Shown here: piece after piece, positions 63,945 through 64,000 of the stretch
Layout of the letters: each line of letters begins with the position of its first letter
How positions within the stretch are numbered: the first letter of the stretch is position 1
From: Eubacteriales bacterium
GTDB taxonomy: Bacteria; Bacillota; Clostridia; Oscillospirales; CAG-272
DNA length: 64,000 nt
Assembly: GCA_045542275.1 (NCBI GenBank)
Contig: JAZQKP010000035.1
Span: 44,746 to 108,745 of the forward strand
Direction of reading: 5' to 3'
Made by a program: the position numbers and the translations under genes
The notes under the pieces: model-generated
Told to the model about the DNA's origin: nothing
The model's database searches: none
Seen by the model: only the letters and a program-made list of their open reading frames with translations

Positions 63945-64000
63945 TATAAAAATAACGATGATAAAAGGAACCAGCTGACTGCAGAGGACGTTGGTTCCTT

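Overview
64-kb chromosomal segment with Firmicutes/Clostridia-type gene content and signals: GGAGG-type RBSs, TTGACA-17-TATAAT promoters, hairpin+T-run terminators, and CTT/AAG-rich codon usage in core genes. The taxon cannot be verified without a search. I support about 64 protein genes and 2 tRNAs, and I see no rRNA, CRISPR array, intact transposase or intact integrase. Gene order: partial GH94-like phosphorylase; ABC-2/GldG/DUF4340 operon; assorted membrane and metabolic genes; an MFS+GDPD pair; a TIGR01212-type radical SAM gene; tRNA-Thr; split transketolase. Next come a stand-alone Na+-decarboxylase beta subunit behind a structured leader, the miaA-yggS-sepF-yggT-lspA-rluD-rsmG-mgtC block, dapA/queA, and GH31 plus an FAD oxidoreductase. 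Then a complete F1Fo operon atpIBEFHAGDC whose c subunit carries a Na+-type two-carboxylate motif. The window ends with GH4; dCMP deaminase; tRNA-Ser; EamA; GH43; perR-rbr; and noc-like/parA/parB with four parS sites (origin-proximal flavour). Accessory or unusual content: (i) an AT-rich 3.8-kb island (fused double Dam-class methyltransferase plus HNH nuclease) bracketed by 85/86-bp direct repeats that each contain a terminator; (ii) an AT-rich ~1.5-kb island (wHTH-GHKL ATPase-DUF4325/STAS-like single gene) bracketed by a duplicated tRNA-Ser terminator; (iii) a four-helix-bundle gene cassette bracketed by a duplicated promoter; (iv) at least seven intergenic arrays made of a short AT-rich word alternating with GC-rich mini-hairpins. 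Several arrays abut stop codons and some are bounded by direct repeats that re-create the gene end. All family names come from motif recognition by eye, and no database search was run.
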